A DNA stretch of 64,000 nt from a virus. Both the position numbers and the translations under genes were made by a program. Under the pieces are notes generated by a model. That model was given only the letters and a program-made list of their open reading frames with translations. It was not told the origin of the DNA and did no database searches. The stretch covers positions 33,819 through 97,818 of IMG/VR virus record IMGVR_UViG_3300027833_000025. The stretch is one strand, 5' to 3'. This document shows, piece by piece, positions 1 to 10,252 of this stretch. Position 1 is the first letter of the stretch, and the number at the start of each line of letters is the position of its first letter.

Positions 1-89
1 ATACTCCCATCTTTCAATTATACATTGAATTACTAAACATCACAATATTAGAGTTCAATATTGTAAAAATTGAACATTAAACCGAATAT

Positions 90-166
90 CTCCACTTAGC
101 TCAGTTGGATAGAGCAAGTGCCTTCTAAGCACTAGGTCAGGGGTTCGAATCCTCTAGTGGAGGCCA
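90..166 (+). tRNA. tRNA-Arg (anticodon UCU)
   Basis: Cloverleaf: acceptor CTCCACT/AGTGGAG, D-arm GCTC..GAGC, anticodon arm AGTGC-CT TCT AA-GCACT, T-arm AGGGG-TTCGAAT-CCTCT, encoded CCA. Confidence 0.97.
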
Positions 167-185
167 CCATTAACGAGATTGTATT

Positions 186-989
186 ATGTCTACCGCAAAT
201 ATTTACCCACAAGTCACATTAAATACTCTACTAAAACATGATGAAATTGAAGAAATGCACAAGTACTATGACGAACGGGCATCAAGCAGTCTTTTATCAG
301 TTAGCATAGAAGGTGCATTGGCTGTATTACTCTATATGAATAGAACTCATGTATTCCCTGAGTCCATGAGTCTGTTCACAAACTGCTGCGACGGCAATAC
401 ACTTAATGCAACAATTCCTCTTGCAGAAGATTACGCAAACGCTGCTGATATATTTTCATATTGGGAAAATAAGTTCTTCATGTCAAAATTAAGTGATGAT
501 ATTACACTTACTTCCTGGAGGAAAAAACTGCTGCATATGTGTAGTAATCGAAATACACCAATGATGGAATCGTACAAGAAGTTATTAATGACGTTGCCGC
601 GAATCACTTCGTATGAAAAACGCACTGATGCTATTGCTGAAAAATATGTGTCTCATGATTATAATCATCGCTCTCATTGTGAATTTGAGGGATTACAGTT
701 ACGTCTTATCGAAAAATATAGACATGATACAATGCGACAAAAAGCATTTGTATATAGGTTGACAGACAATCACAATAAGGTATATGAATTGTCCGTTTCA
801 AGAAACCGCGATAGTGAGCATACTATGGCTGACTTGGTTAGCGCAGCATCGGCATTTGATGCAATCTTTGCCATAACAGGTAGTGTGAGATTGGATGGTA
901 GAGGACAATTAAAACCACTTAACAATGTTCTTCATGATAAGTTTCTTTATAAGACGCTAGAGAATATTACTTCAATTACTCCTATATGA
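186..989 (+). CDS. hypothetical protein
   Basis: 267 aa ORF, ATGA overlap with next gene; no motif recognised. Confidence 0.75.
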   Translation: MSTANIYPQVTLNTLLKHDEIEEMHKYYDERASSSLLSVSIEGALAVLLYMNRTHVFPESMSLFTNCCDGNTLNATIPLAEDYANAADIFSYWENKFFMSKLSDDITLTSWRKKLLHMCSNRNTPMMESYKKLLMTLPRITSYEKRTDAIAEKYVSHDYNHRSHCEFEGLQLRLIEKYRHDTMRQKAFVYRLTDNHNKVYELSVSRNRDSEHTMADLVSAASAFDAIFAITGSVRLDGRGQLKPLNNVLHDKFLYKTLENITSITPI

Positions 990-1747
990 TTGATTTGATA
1001 CATGGTGACAATATTGAAATAATGAAGGAAATGCCAGATGGTTCGGTTGATCTAACAGTCACGAGTCCTCCATATGATAATTTGCGCACCTACAATGGAA
1101 ATAATGATCAATGGGGAGAACAAGTATGGAAAGACGTATTAACTGATCTATTTCGAGTCACAACTGATGGTGGTGTAATAGTTTGGATAGTTGCAGACGC
1201 GACAATTGAAGGAAGCGAAACTGGCACATCGTTTAAGCAAGCATTATGGGCTAAAGAGTGTGGGTTTCGCTTACATGATACAATGATCTATCAAAAGTCA
1301 CAGTCGTTTACTGGATCAAAATATGCATACTTTAATAGTTTTGAGTATATGTTTGTATTCAGTAAAGGTAGACCAAAAACATTTAATGCGATCAAGGATA
1401 GAAAAAATGTTAGAGGCGGTATGACTGAAAGCACCGCTAAGTCTGGCATGAAAAAAGATGGAACTATCCCTGATAGAGTGTACAAAACAGCAGCAGAATA
1501 TGGCAAACGAAAAAACATTTGGGAATATGGTGTTGGTGGTGGTAAGATTCCGCATCCTGCTGTGTTTCCACTAAAGATGGCCCAAGATCATATACTCTCA
1601 TGGAGTAATGAGGGTGATGTTGTGTTTGACCCGTTCATGGGAAGTGGCACAACAGGATTAGCTGCAATTAATCTAAATCGTGATTTCATTGGCATTGAGT
1701 TAGATACGAACTACTTTAAAATATGTAAGGAACGTATTGTAAAATAA
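986..1747 (+). CDS. DNA N4-cytosine/N6-adenine methyltransferase (beta class), orphan
   Basis: TSPPY motif IV precedes HPAVFP and DPFMGSGTT motif I; SPPY is typical of N4-mC enzymes. Confidence 0.93.
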   Translation: MIDLIHGDNIEIMKEMPDGSVDLTVTSPPYDNLRTYNGNNDQWGEQVWKDVLTDLFRVTTDGGVIVWIVADATIEGSETGTSFKQALWAKECGFRLHDTMIYQKSQSFTGSKYAYFNSFEYMFVFSKGRPKTFNAIKDRKNVRGGMTESTAKSGMKKDGTIPDRVYKTAAEYGKRKNIWEYGVGGGKIPHPAVFPLKMAQDHILSWSNEGDVVFDPFMGSGTTGLAAINLNRDFIGIELDTNYFKICKERIVK

Positions 1748-1750
1748 GTG

Positions 1751-1800
1751 TTGACAAGTAAGGATCCTTGTGTTATAATTATTGTATAAGTTAATTAATT
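1751..1800 (+). promoter_or_regulatory. sigma70-type early promoter cassette
   Basis: TTGACA(1751)-17-TATAAT(1774); spacer palindrome AAGGATCCTT; conserved downstream TATTGTATAAGTTAATTAA. Confidence 0.9.
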
Positions 1801-1815
1801 AAAGAGAGAAAGACT

Positions 1816-2088
1816 ATGATTAAAACAGCAAAAGGTATGAAAGTTTACGAGCAGTGGTCACATGCATACGTGCGCGACCTTGATGGTGTCGTATTATGGA
1901 AGTCTAATGATCGTAGTCCATTCGCGGATGTGCTAGGTGATTTCCTAGCATTCGGTTACATTAGTCAGGTATCTTATGATAACACTGTCATTGCAAAAGA
2001 AGAGCAGGATATGGTGGCAGTAGAAGCATACCTTAATCGCAAGCCTACTGGTGAGCAATTATTTGAACGCAACGCTAATCGGTTTTAA
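1816..2088 (+). CDS. early hypothetical protein
   Basis: First ORF after promoter, GAGAG RBS. Confidence 0.75.
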   Translation: MIKTAKGMKVYEQWSHAYVRDLDGVVLWKSNDRSPFADVLGDFLAFGYISQVSYDNTVIAKEEQDMVAVEAYLNRKPTGEQLFERNANRF

Positions 2089-2091
2089 ATC

Positions 2092-2298
2092 ATGAACACA
2101 TCTAGTCATTTTAGAGAAAGTATTGTTGTAGACATATCAGGTGAGCAAGGTTCTGAGCAGAATCTAATCGCATTGGCAACTAGTTTTGCCAAGCCTGATC
2201 ACGAAGATATCGTAAGAGATATGAAGAGTGGTGACTACGAGCATTTAGTAAATGTATTCGATGAACATTTCAGTGATATCGTTACATTAGTAGCATAG
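2092..2298 (+). CDS. hypothetical protein
   Basis: 68 aa, MKSGDYEHLVNVFDEHF segment of a kind common in large phages. Confidence 0.7.
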   Translation: MNTSSHFRESIVVDISGEQGSEQNLIALATSFAKPDHEDIVRDMKSGDYEHLVNVFDEHFSDIVTLVA

Positions 2299-2321
2299 AA
2301 TATTTAAATAGGAGATAGAAG

Positions 2322-2612
2322 ATGTCTAACAAAACTGATGATACAGAAATCTACGTATACGCATGGTTGATTGTTACTGCGGTTATTCTCATTCCTGCGT
2401 TGCTGCTTGGTGGTGGTCCAGGTTGGATTTTTGGTGCCCCGATATTGGCAGCAGTGTCTATGCTGGTAGGTAACAGTGGCAACAACAATGATGATGATGA
2501 TGATGATGATGATAGCGGACCTAGACGTAAATCCTCTATAGGAAAAACAGTTCTTATAGGTGGCGGCGCAGCAGCAGCAGGATATGCGTTAGGTAAGAAA
2601 TTAGAACTTTAA
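2322..2612 (+). CDS. small membrane protein with poly-Asp linker
   Basis: Two hydrophobic segments, D8 tract, Gly/Ala C-terminal helix; GGAG RBS. Confidence 0.75.
   Translation: MSNKTDDTEIYVYAWLIVTAVILIPALLLGGGPGWIFGAPILAAVSMLVGNSGNNNDDDDDDDDSGPRRKSSIGKTVLIGGGAAAAGYALGKKLEL
2490..2513 (+). repeat. (GAT)8 microsatellite
   Basis: Eight perfect GAT units encoding D8. Confidence 0.95.
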
Positions 2613-2631
2613 AAGTTTAAGGAGATAGAAG

Positions 2632-2874
2632 ATGTCGTTTGAAGTAACTAAACAAGGTAAACTATGTGATCAATTAGAGTCACTTGCCTATGATTGGGTA
2701 TTATATAGTATTGAGGAGCAGTATGGTGTTGAAAGTACTGACGATTTAGGTGTTGAACAGATTAATGAGATTGAAGATTATCTGGAAGACGAAGAAAATT
2801 ATATTGAGGGTTACTGTAGGATGGTACTACGAGGTATGATTGACAATCACGAATCACGAGAGGAGATTGAATAA
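2632..2874 (+). CDS. acidic hypothetical protein
   Basis: GGAG RBS, TAATG coupling to next gene. Confidence 0.75.
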   Translation: MSFEVTKQGKLCDQLESLAYDWVLYSIEEQYGVESTDDLGVEQINEIEDYLEDEENYIEGYCRMVLRGMIDNHESREEIE

Positions 2875-3518
2875 TGGCAAATCATGTACACTTTTATGTG
2901 CAATTTCATCAAATCAATAATGATGCACGCACAAAACTGAAAGAGATGTTTGGACGTATTCGTGATGATGCACCGCACAAATGGTTTTCTGATATCTTTG
3001 TTGAGGGCGACTTGACATATGAAGAGACAGAAAAGTATGAGTGGACTACCTCTAACATAGGCCCTAAGTGGAGTTATTTTGAGGATTTTTCTGCCGAAGA
3101 GGATGATGTATATTTCTCTGGAGAATCTGCATGGAGTTCCCCAGAACAGGGGTTGGAGAAATTACTAGGTATTCTGGTAGAATATGATCCTAAAATCATT
3201 ACATCTATTTCATATGAGGATGAAGGGCCAAACTTCTTTGGTGCAGATATCTATGAAGGTGAGGAAATGTATGATGGTATTGAACATGATTATGAAGAAA
3301 CCATTGATCTTGTTATTAATGATTCTGAACGATTGACAGAAGAGTCTTACGTTGATGATGAATGGGTTGACGATGAAGCAGAAGATGCTTTCCATGAAGA
3401 AATGTGGGAAACAATCAATAATACTCAAGCCAGTCTAATTGGTGAATGTCTTGAAGCAATTAAGAGGGATCAAGAAGAGCAGATAAAGAATGAGAATTGG
3501 CAAACTTATTGTAATTAG
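2874..3518 (+). CDS. DUF1281/YubB ferredoxin-like domain protein
   Basis: W..SNIGPKW and ESAWSSP resemble the W..NWGTKW / F.TAWSPP pattern. Confidence 0.55.
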   Translation: MANHVHFYVQFHQINNDARTKLKEMFGRIRDDAPHKWFSDIFVEGDLTYEETEKYEWTTSNIGPKWSYFEDFSAEEDDVYFSGESAWSSPEQGLEKLLGILVEYDPKIITSISYEDEGPNFFGADIYEGEEMYDGIEHDYEETIDLVINDSERLTEESYVDDEWVDDEAEDAFHEEMWETINNTQASLIGECLEAIKRDQEEQIKNENWQTYCN

Positions 3519-3521
3519 GGG

Positions 3522-3570
3522 TTGACAAGTAAGGCGCCTTGTGTTATAATTATTGTATAAGTTAATTAAA
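3522..3570 (+). promoter_or_regulatory. sigma70-type early promoter cassette
   Basis: TTGACA(3522)-17-TATAAT(3545); spacer AAGGCGCCTT; nearly identical to the 1751 copy. Confidence 0.9.
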
Positions 3571-3587
3571 GCAAGGAAGTAAAGAGT

Positions 3588-4160
3588 ATGAACGAAAAGA
3601 TTATATTGACTGATTGTGACGGAGTGTGTCTAGATTGGGAAGCAGGATTTAATGATTGGATGTCAACGAAAGGTTATGTAGTTGTTGTGTCTGGAGTATA
3701 TGATATTTCTGTCATGTATGGTATTGAGAAAGCAAAAGGAAAGAGTTTAATACGTGAGTTTAACAACAGTGCTTGGATGAGTTCATTGCCAGCGTTGCGT
3801 GATTCTCGTTCTGGTATGGCTAAGTTGGTTGAAGCAGGATATAAGTTTCTAGCGATCACTAGTCTAAGTTTAGATGTAAAAGCAAAGGCGTTACGTGTTA
3901 GTAACTTGAAAGAGTTATATGGTGATGTGTTTGTTGATGTAATCTGTCTTGATACTGGTGCTGACAAAGATGATGCATTAGAGTATTATCGTGGTAGTGG
4001 TATGTATTGGCTTGAAGATAAATGGGAAAATGCTGTGTTGGGTGCAGATTTGGGATTGAAATCAATTTTAGTTGATCATCCTCATAATGCAGAATACAGT
4101 GATGAACGGATAGTACGAGCAAGTACTTGGGCAGATATAGTCGAGAAAATTCTCGGCTAA
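3588..4160 (+). CDS. HAD-superfamily hydrolase (T4 gp30.2 / 5'(3')-deoxyribonucleotidase-like)
   Basis: ILTDCDGV (DxD), later LEDK motif. Confidence 0.8.
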   Translation: MNEKIILTDCDGVCLDWEAGFNDWMSTKGYVVVVSGVYDISVMYGIEKAKGKSLIREFNNSAWMSSLPALRDSRSGMAKLVEAGYKFLAITSLSLDVKAKALRVSNLKELYGDVFVDVICLDTGADKDDALEYYRGSGMYWLEDKWENAVLGADLGLKSILVDHPHNAEYSDERIVRASTWADIVEKILG

Positions 4161-4901
4161 TTAGTCTTCATCACCATATATGTTTAATATGGCTTCTACT
4201 ACGATATGTCTTTCAATGTCTTGTTTTTCAAATTCAATGACTCCGATCATATCACTTTTTTGTTCTTTTAGTCGTACTAAAAAGTCTTTTAGACCATTCG
4301 CTTCAAATCCCCTATCGTGTTGAGCGAGATCGCCTGTTACGAATATGCGACTATTAGTTCCGATACGGGTTAGTAGCATTTTCATTTGACTTGGTGTGGC
4401 GTTTTGCATTTCATCACCTATTATCCATGCATTTTTAAATGTACGTCCTCTCATGTATGCGAGTGGTGCGACTTCTATAACACCATCTTCAACCATATTT
4501 TCGATTTCTTGTGGTGTCCAATATTCTTCAAATACGTCAAATATTGGTCGAGTCCATGGCGCCATTTTTTCTACTAGGCTGCCTGGAAGAAATCCGTGTT
4601 GTTCGTCCACACTTACTGCTGGTCGTGTTATGACTATTTTTTCACAGATACCTTCTTTGAATGCTCGTATAGCGGCTAAAACCGCTAACATTGTTTTTCC
4701 TGTGCCCGCTGGTCCCATTGCGAATACTATGTGTCGATTGTTATCATCTAGTAATTCTATGTAGTCTTCTTGTCTGCGGTTTTTTGGAATCATGGTAACG
4801 AATCGCTCTCGGCGCTTCATCCCATTAAGTTGGATAACGTCCTTTTTTACATCATGATCTTGACGTTGTTGGTTTTTTGTTTTTCTTGCTCGTCTGGCCA
4901 T
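4161..4901 (-). CDS. phoH: PhoH-family ATPase
   Basis: GPAGTGKT, RPAV, GFLPG, YMRGRT, DEMQN, GDLAQ. Confidence 0.97.
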   Translation of the reverse strand: MARRARKTKNQQRQDHDVKKDVIQLNGMKRRERFVTMIPKNRRQEDYIELLDDNNRHIVFAMGPAGTGKTMLAVLAAIRAFKEGICEKIVITRPAVSVDEQHGFLPGSLVEKMAPWTRPIFDVFEEYWTPQEIENMVEDGVIEVAPLAYMRGRTFKNAWIIGDEMQNATPSQMKMLLTRIGTNSRIFVTGDLAQHDRGFEANGLKDFLVRLKEQKSDMIGVIEFEKQDIERHIVVEAILNIYGDED

Positions 4902-5062
4902 TAAAAACTCCTTTTAAGTTTTATGAGTGTGCCTCGTACTTGCTCGTACAATATTATTTAGCATTAATACAATAACTCGTTAACATATACTATTAACTAT
5001 TACAGTAAGTCAATTAATAAAGAAAGGCTAAATACTGTTATATTAATAGTTAGGAGAATACT

Positions 5063-5584
5063 ATGGAACAAACAGACATCATTGCCCAATTAGGTAAGAA
5101 CATAAAGAGAAATTCGGCATTGGAAACATTGATGCAAATTGATGGTGTATTAGAATCATTAAACGTATATGCATACAAGAACTGGATTGAAGGTGAGATT
5201 GTAGATGGTCCACAAATTGAGCGTTATTGGGTAACAGTGACTTTGTTATATCCACATAAGATGATGCCAGATCCAGATGGTGCAGATAGATTGCTTAAAA
5301 ATGGCTGCAAAGTATTCTATGCAAAAGACACACTTACCACCGCAGCAAAGTTAATTGAGCCAGAAGATTCTGAGATTGATCCAGAACGTCCAAACAAGCG
5401 TAGAGCAAAGAAGATACTACGACCAGTATGGTTGGTTACACTTGAAGTCCCACGTGGTTTAATAGACACCATTGAATCAAGTCGTGTGAAAGTAGATGAT
5501 ATGCAGTTTGACAGTGCAGCAGTTGAACAAGCATACGATGATAATCTAGGAGCAAGTGATGAAATCATATCAGACGACACTTAA
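5063..5584 (+). CDS. conserved late hypothetical protein
   Basis: CTAAATAC late box at 5028, GGAG RBS, 173 aa. Confidence 0.8.
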   Translation: MEQTDIIAQLGKNIKRNSALETLMQIDGVLESLNVYAYKNWIEGEIVDGPQIERYWVTVTLLYPHKMMPDPDGADRLLKNGCKVFYAKDTLTTAAKLIEPEDSEIDPERPNKRRAKKILRPVWLVTLEVPRGLIDTIESSRVKVDDMQFDSAAVEQAYDDNLGASDEIISDDT

Positions 5585-6056
5585 TGAAGCAGTGCAACAC
5601 AATGATCTACGTGGTCTTGTGAGCAATGTAGTTAGTATTGATCAATACAAAAGTAAGATTGGATATGATAAGAACATCGTTGTAGTCGCAATTGAAGTAA
5701 ATCACATCGAAGCAGCGTCAGACCTTAGTCAATTCATCGAAACTGGACACAAAGATGCACTAGATGTTGATGTATCAGTAGGACCCACTCCAGAAGGAAA
5801 ATATACAGTGTTTATTGAATACACACGTAGTAATTTTTTATTTAGGTTAATTGATGTTATGTTACAAGATATTTTAAATATTGACAATGAAGTAGAATCT
5901 TGGAAATTTGTAGCATACAAGGACACTATTCCAAAAGATTGGACTTCGGAAGAGTTTGAACAATCAGTACACACATCCAGTTATGAATATGTTATTGCAC
6001 ATGACCCAGATGCTAAAGTGATATCAGAAAGAATTAAGTTTTTGAATAGTTACTAA
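5556..6056 (+). CDS. hypothetical virion protein with capsid-targeting-like N-terminus
   Basis: Starts [10 protein letters not shown]|A, similar to T4 internal protein leader MKTYQEFIAE. Confidence 0.65.
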   Translation: MMKSYQTTLNEAVQHNDLRGLVSNVVSIDQYKSKIGYDKNIVVVAIEVNHIEAASDLSQFIETGHKDALDVDVSVGPTPEGKYTVFIEYTRSNFLFRLIDVMLQDILNIDNEVESWKFVAYKDTIPKDWTSEEFEQSVHTSSYEYVIAHDPDAKVISERIKFLNSY

Positions 6057-6277
6057 TGTCTAAAGAAGATACAATAAAAACAACTGGAATTATAACAGAG
6101 TGTCTACCAAACGCTAAATTCAGAGTTAAGTTAGACATGAATGAACATGTTCTATTAGCGCACTTGAGTGGAAAGATGCGAAAAATGAATATTAATGTAC
6201 TTCTTGCAGATCAGGTTGAGGTAGAAATATCACCTTATGATTTGACAAAATGCAGAATCATATATAGGAACAAATAA
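6056..6277 (+). CDS. infA: translation initiation factor IF-1
   Basis: [35 protein letters not shown]. Confidence 0.95.
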   Translation: MSKEDTIKTTGIITECLPNAKFRVKLDMNEHVLLAHLSGKMRKMNINVLLADQVEVEISPYDLTKCRIIYRNK

Positions 6278-6747
6278 TGTTTTCACGTATTAAACTATAT
6301 CTAATAGCAGCAGTGATCTTTGGAGCAGTTGGTTATGGTGCTTGGCAATATTACAAATACACCCAAAACCAAATTCAAATATTCGCAGTCAACGCAGCAC
6401 AAGCAGAACAAGCACAACAAGCAACAGATGTCGCATTAAAATTAGTACAAGCAGATTTAGTAAGAGTGCAAGATGAGTATTTGCGTGTATCTAATAAATT
6501 TGAAGCAGCAAATTCACGAGTTAAAGATTTACAGTCTAAGTTAAGTAGACATGAACTAGGTGCATTAGCAGAATCAAAGCCTGTATTAGTTGAAAAAATA
6601 GTTGACAAAGGTACTAAAGATGTGTTAAGATGTTTTGAGATAGTAAGTGGTTCACCACTAACAGAGGAAGAATTAAATGCAGTTAAAAAGAGTCAAACGA
6701 ATAGCAGTTGTTATGACATTGCTAATCCCAACTATATTCCTAAGTAG
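6277..6747 (+). CDS. inner-membrane spanin (Rz-like)
   Basis: N-terminal TM, long coiled coil, C-terminal Cys; overlaps a lipoprotein ORF. Confidence 0.75.
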   Translation: MFSRIKLYLIAAVIFGAVGYGAWQYYKYTQNQIQIFAVNAAQAEQAQQATDVALKLVQADLVRVQDEYLRVSNKFEAANSRVKDLQSKLSRHELGALAESKPVLVEKIVDKGTKDVLRCFEIVSGSPLTEEELNAVKKSQTNSSCYDIANPNYIPK

Positions 6748-7144
6748 TTGTTCATCTGTACCAAAAGTAGTTACATATAAATCAGCGCCCATAGATAAGC
6801 CTGATTTAATATTGCCAGATACTTCTGTATTAGCATTGCGTGACGTAGATTTTATTATAGTCACAATAGATAATATGGATGAAGTAATGAAAGAGTTACA
6901 AAAAGTAAATAGTAATATTGCATTATTTGCATTAACTGATATTGGATATGAAAATCTAAGTCTGAATAATTCTGAAATATTAAAATTGTTATCACAGCAG
7001 CAATCTATTATAGCAGCATACAAATCATACTATGAAGGTGTTCAAATCAATATTGATAATCACAATGATAATCGTGATGTAACTATTCCCGTCCCTGTAG
7101 AGCCAGGAATTACTGATAAAGTACTAAAGATATTTAAAGACTAG
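6677..7144 (+). CDS. outer-membrane spanin lipoprotein (Rz1-like)
   Basis: Basic N-terminus, hydrophobic stretch, lipobox LSSC, Pro-rich segment; overlaps i-spanin. Confidence 0.75.
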   Translation: MQLKRVKRIAVVMTLLIPTIFLSSCSSVPKVVTYKSAPIDKPDLILPDTSVLALRDVDFIIVTIDNMDEVMKELQKVNSNIALFALTDIGYENLSLNNSEILKLLSQQQSIIAAYKSYYEGVQINIDNHNDNRDVTIPVPVEPGITDKVLKIFKD

Positions 7145-7304
7145 CAAAAAATCAGTTCATATATAGTGTCATATAATTCATATAAAAAAATAAGTAAATA
7201 CAACTACACGAGAAGTGTGATTGTTCGTTGTCGAGCAATGAAATATATGGTAACGATGTTGAGGCAGTTTATAGGAACAAACTAATTCAGCAGTATGAAA
7301 TAAT

Positions 7305-7997
7305 ATGAAACAAACAAATAGTAACCCTTGGGACATTTTAAATATAGCGACATCTTCATCCCAAGAAGAAATAAAGCAAGCATTTAAAAAACTTGCAATG
7401 AAGCATCACCCAGATAGAGGCGGCAAATCAGTCGAATTTAATCGTGTTGTTCAAGCATACGAACAACTACGAAAGAGTACTATCGTGCCTATTATTGTAA
7501 CTTCACATACACATTTAGTAAATGTAAAATTAACAATCAAGCAGCAGATAGAAGGTGTAGATGATTACATTGAGACAGATACTGGTGAGATATTGAAAGT
7601 AGCAATACCAGCAGGATCTAGGTTAGATGATAAGTATAAAGTAAACACTCCTATTGACAAATATATTGTTAATATCAAAGAATTATCACATAAAGTATTG
7701 ACAAGACAGGGATTATCGCTTATAATGAATATCACAATTGATATCGTAGATGCGATGCAAGGAAGTGTAATCCCAATTATAGGTCCATGTGACGAGCATT
7801 TAGAAATAGAAATCCCAGCGGGAGCGCAAGATGGGTTAGTCATTCTAGTACCTAACAAGGGCTTGATGAATAAACTAACAAAGAAGCGTGCAGGATTGCA
7901 CATTATTGTGAATACTGAAATCCCAAAATTAGATACTGATACTAGTATCGATCAATTTATATTAAGGTTAAGAGAATGTCAGAAATTGAAAACATAG
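7305..7997 (+). CDS. DnaJ/CbpA-like co-chaperone without zinc finger
   Basis: J domain with HPD (KHHPDRGG); C-terminal IPAG repeats of DnaJ_C. Confidence 0.9.
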   Translation: MKQTNSNPWDILNIATSSSQEEIKQAFKKLAMKHHPDRGGKSVEFNRVVQAYEQLRKSTIVPIIVTSHTHLVNVKLTIKQQIEGVDDYIETDTGEILKVAIPAGSRLDDKYKVNTPIDKYIVNIKELSHKVLTRQGLSLIMNITIDIVDAMQGSVIPIIGPCDEHLEIEIPAGAQDGLVILVPNKGLMNKLTKKRAGLHIIVNTEIPKLDTDTSIDQFILRLRECQKLKT

Positions 7998-10252
7998 TAG
8001 TTCGCGCTATTGATCTAGCAAAAAGTCATAATCATGAATACGTGACGCTAGAGCATTTATCGTTGGTAATTTTAGACGATACCGCAGTACGTATTATGTG
8101 TTACGAAATTCAAGCAGATTGTGAAAGTATACAACTCGCGATTGAGGATTACCTAGCAGCAGAATGTGATGAATTAGTTATGTCATCTGATGAAGAAATT
8201 ACTCCACGTAAGACACAAATGTTAGAGCGCGTATTCAATCGTGCAATGACACAGGCTGTATTTTACGGAAAGCAATCAATCAACAATGTTGATTTGCTAT
8301 TAAGTATTCTCTCAGAAGAGCAATCAGTAACAGCACATTTCGCATACGAATGTGGACTAGATAAGCATTCACTATCAGCGTGGTTGCATGATGTGAATTC
8401 AGTAATAAGTGAAGACTTTCGTGATGAAACAACAGGAACCAAACAGAAGCAAATACCTCGTAGTAATACAGCACCTTCGGCATTAGCACAATTCACTGTC
8501 AATATGAATGAAGAGTCAAGTAATTATGATGATGTAATTGGTCGCCGTGATGAATTACGTGATCTAGTACAGACACTTGCACGTAAGAAGAAATCTAATG
8601 CAGTGTTAGTAGGAGGTAGTGGTGTTGGTAAAACTGCTATTGTGGAAGGATTGGCAAAACTCATCGTAGAAGATGAAGTACCAGATGTTATCAAAGGTAA
8701 AACTGTATTAATGCTTGACATGGCAAAATTAGTCGCTGGTACTAAGTATCGTGGTGATTTCGAAGAGCGTATGAAGGCACTAGTTGAAGAATTAGAAAAG
8801 CGTGACGATATCATATTGTTCATTGATGAAATTCATATGGTAATTGGAGCAGGCTCAACTAGTGGTGGTTCTGGCGGTATGGATGCAGGAAACTTACTCA
8901 AACCCTCATTGTCAAGTGGTAAATTAAAAGTAATTGGTGCAACAACTGATCAAGAATATCGTAAATTATTTGAAAAAGAAGCAGCGTTAGCAAGAAGATT
9001 CACTAAGATTAATATCGAAGAGCCTACTTCCGAAGAAGCAAAGAAGATTATTCGTAATGCTGCTATGTCATATGAGATACATTATGGATTTGAAATTGAA
9101 CCATCTGCATGTGACTTAGCAGTTGATTTAAGTGCAGAGTATGTATTTAATAAGAAATTGCCAGATAAGGCATTCGATGTAATTGATCGTGCATGTGCAT
9201 TTAATAAGATTCAGCCTATCAATGAGCAAGTCACATTGATTACTGACGAAGCGATTCGTGCAGAATTATCTCGCTACACTGGTATACCAGCAGAGCATTT
9301 AGGAACTAAAGCAGAAGAACAAACAAACAACAAGCATATTCAAGTAGAGAATTTCTTGCGTAATAATGTATTTGGACAAGACGAAGCGATCAATCGTGTA
9401 ATCAATTCAATTACCATTAGTTTAGCAGGATTAAAAGAACCAAATAAGCCTATCGCAAGTTATTTATTCACTGGTCCAACTGGTGTTGGCAAAACGGAAA
9501 CAGCAAAGCGACTATCAGAGTCTATGGATATGAAACTCGTGCGATTTGATATGAGTGAGTATCAAGAAGCACATTCTGTATCGAAGTTGATTGGTTCACC
9601 TCCTGGTTATGTAGGTCATGGTGACGGAAAAGCAGGAGATGGTTTATTGATCACTGCATTGGAAGATTCACCAAATTGTGTGTTATTGTTAGACGAAGTA
9701 GAAAAAGCACATCCAGATATTATGTCAGTATTATTGGCATTATTAGACGATGGTGTGATCACATCAAGTACAGGAAAAAAAGTATCAGGTAAGAATTCAA
9801 TTATCATTATGACATCTAACTTAGGTGCGCGTGAAGGTTCAAAGAAAGCGATTGGATTTGGTGATCAAGCATATAACGCAGTAGCCGTTAATGAAGCAAT
9901 TAACAAATTCTTTGCACCAGAATTCCGAAATCGATTAGATGGTATTGTACAATTTAATGCATTAAAATTAAAATATATGCGCAGTATCGTTCTAAAGTTC
10001 TTAGGACAATTAGAAGGTTATATCGCATCACGTGGTGTTGAGATTGAATGGGACGAGAGTATATTAGTTTTCCTTGAAACAGAAGGTTATGATCCAGCAA
10101 TGGGCGCACGTCCTCTTTCACGACTAATCAACGAGCGTATTAAATTACCATTAGCAAAGCATATTATGAATGATACAATCACTGAAAAACTGATTATCAG
10201 TTATACAGATGGTGAAGTATTAATAACAACGAAAGAACTGGAGGCAGTGTGA
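7976..10252 (+). CDS. clpA: ClpA-like AAA+ unfoldase
   Basis: Clp-N domain (HEYVTLEH), two AAA modules (GGSGVGKT, GPTGVGKT), IGF loop, PEFRNRLD, MGARPL. Confidence 0.95.
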   Translation: MSEIENIVVRAIDLAKSHNHEYVTLEHLSLVILDDTAVRIMCYEIQADCESIQLAIEDYLAAECDELVMSSDEEITPRKTQMLERVFNRAMTQAVFYGKQSINNVDLLLSILSEEQSVTAHFAYECGLDKHSLSAWLHDVNSVISEDFRDETTGTKQKQIPRSNTAPSALAQFTVNMNEESSNYDDVIGRRDELRDLVQTLARKKKSNAVLVGGSGVGKTAIVEGLAKLIVEDEVPDVIKGKTVLMLDMAKLVAGTKYRGDFEERMKALVEELEKRDDIILFIDEIHMVIGAGSTSGGSGGMDAGNLLKPSLSSGKLKVIGATTDQEYRKLFEKEAALARRFTKINIEEPTSEEAKKIIRNAAMSYEIHYGFEIEPSACDLAVDLSAEYVFNKKLPDKAFDVIDRACAFNKIQPINEQVTLITDEAIRAELSRYTGIPAEHLGTKAEEQTNNKHIQVENFLRNNVFGQDEAINRVINSITISLAGLKEPNKPIASYLFTGPTGVGKTETAKRLSESMDMKLVRFDMSEYQEAHSVSKLIGSPPGYVGHGDGKAGDGLLITALEDSPNCVLLLDEVEKAHPDIMSVLLALLDDGVITSSTGKKVSGKNSIIIMTSNLGAREGSKKAIGFGDQAYNAVAVNEAINKFFAPEFRNRLDGIVQFNALKLKYMRSIVLKFLGQLEGYIASRGVEIEWDESILVFLETEGYDPAMGARPLSRLINERIKLPLAKHIMNDTITEKLIISYTDGEVLITTKELEAV

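Noticed and set aside
164-169. CCACCA at the tRNA 3' end as a degradation tag
   Set aside because: Acceptor stem is perfectly paired; the second CCA is most simply trailer sequence
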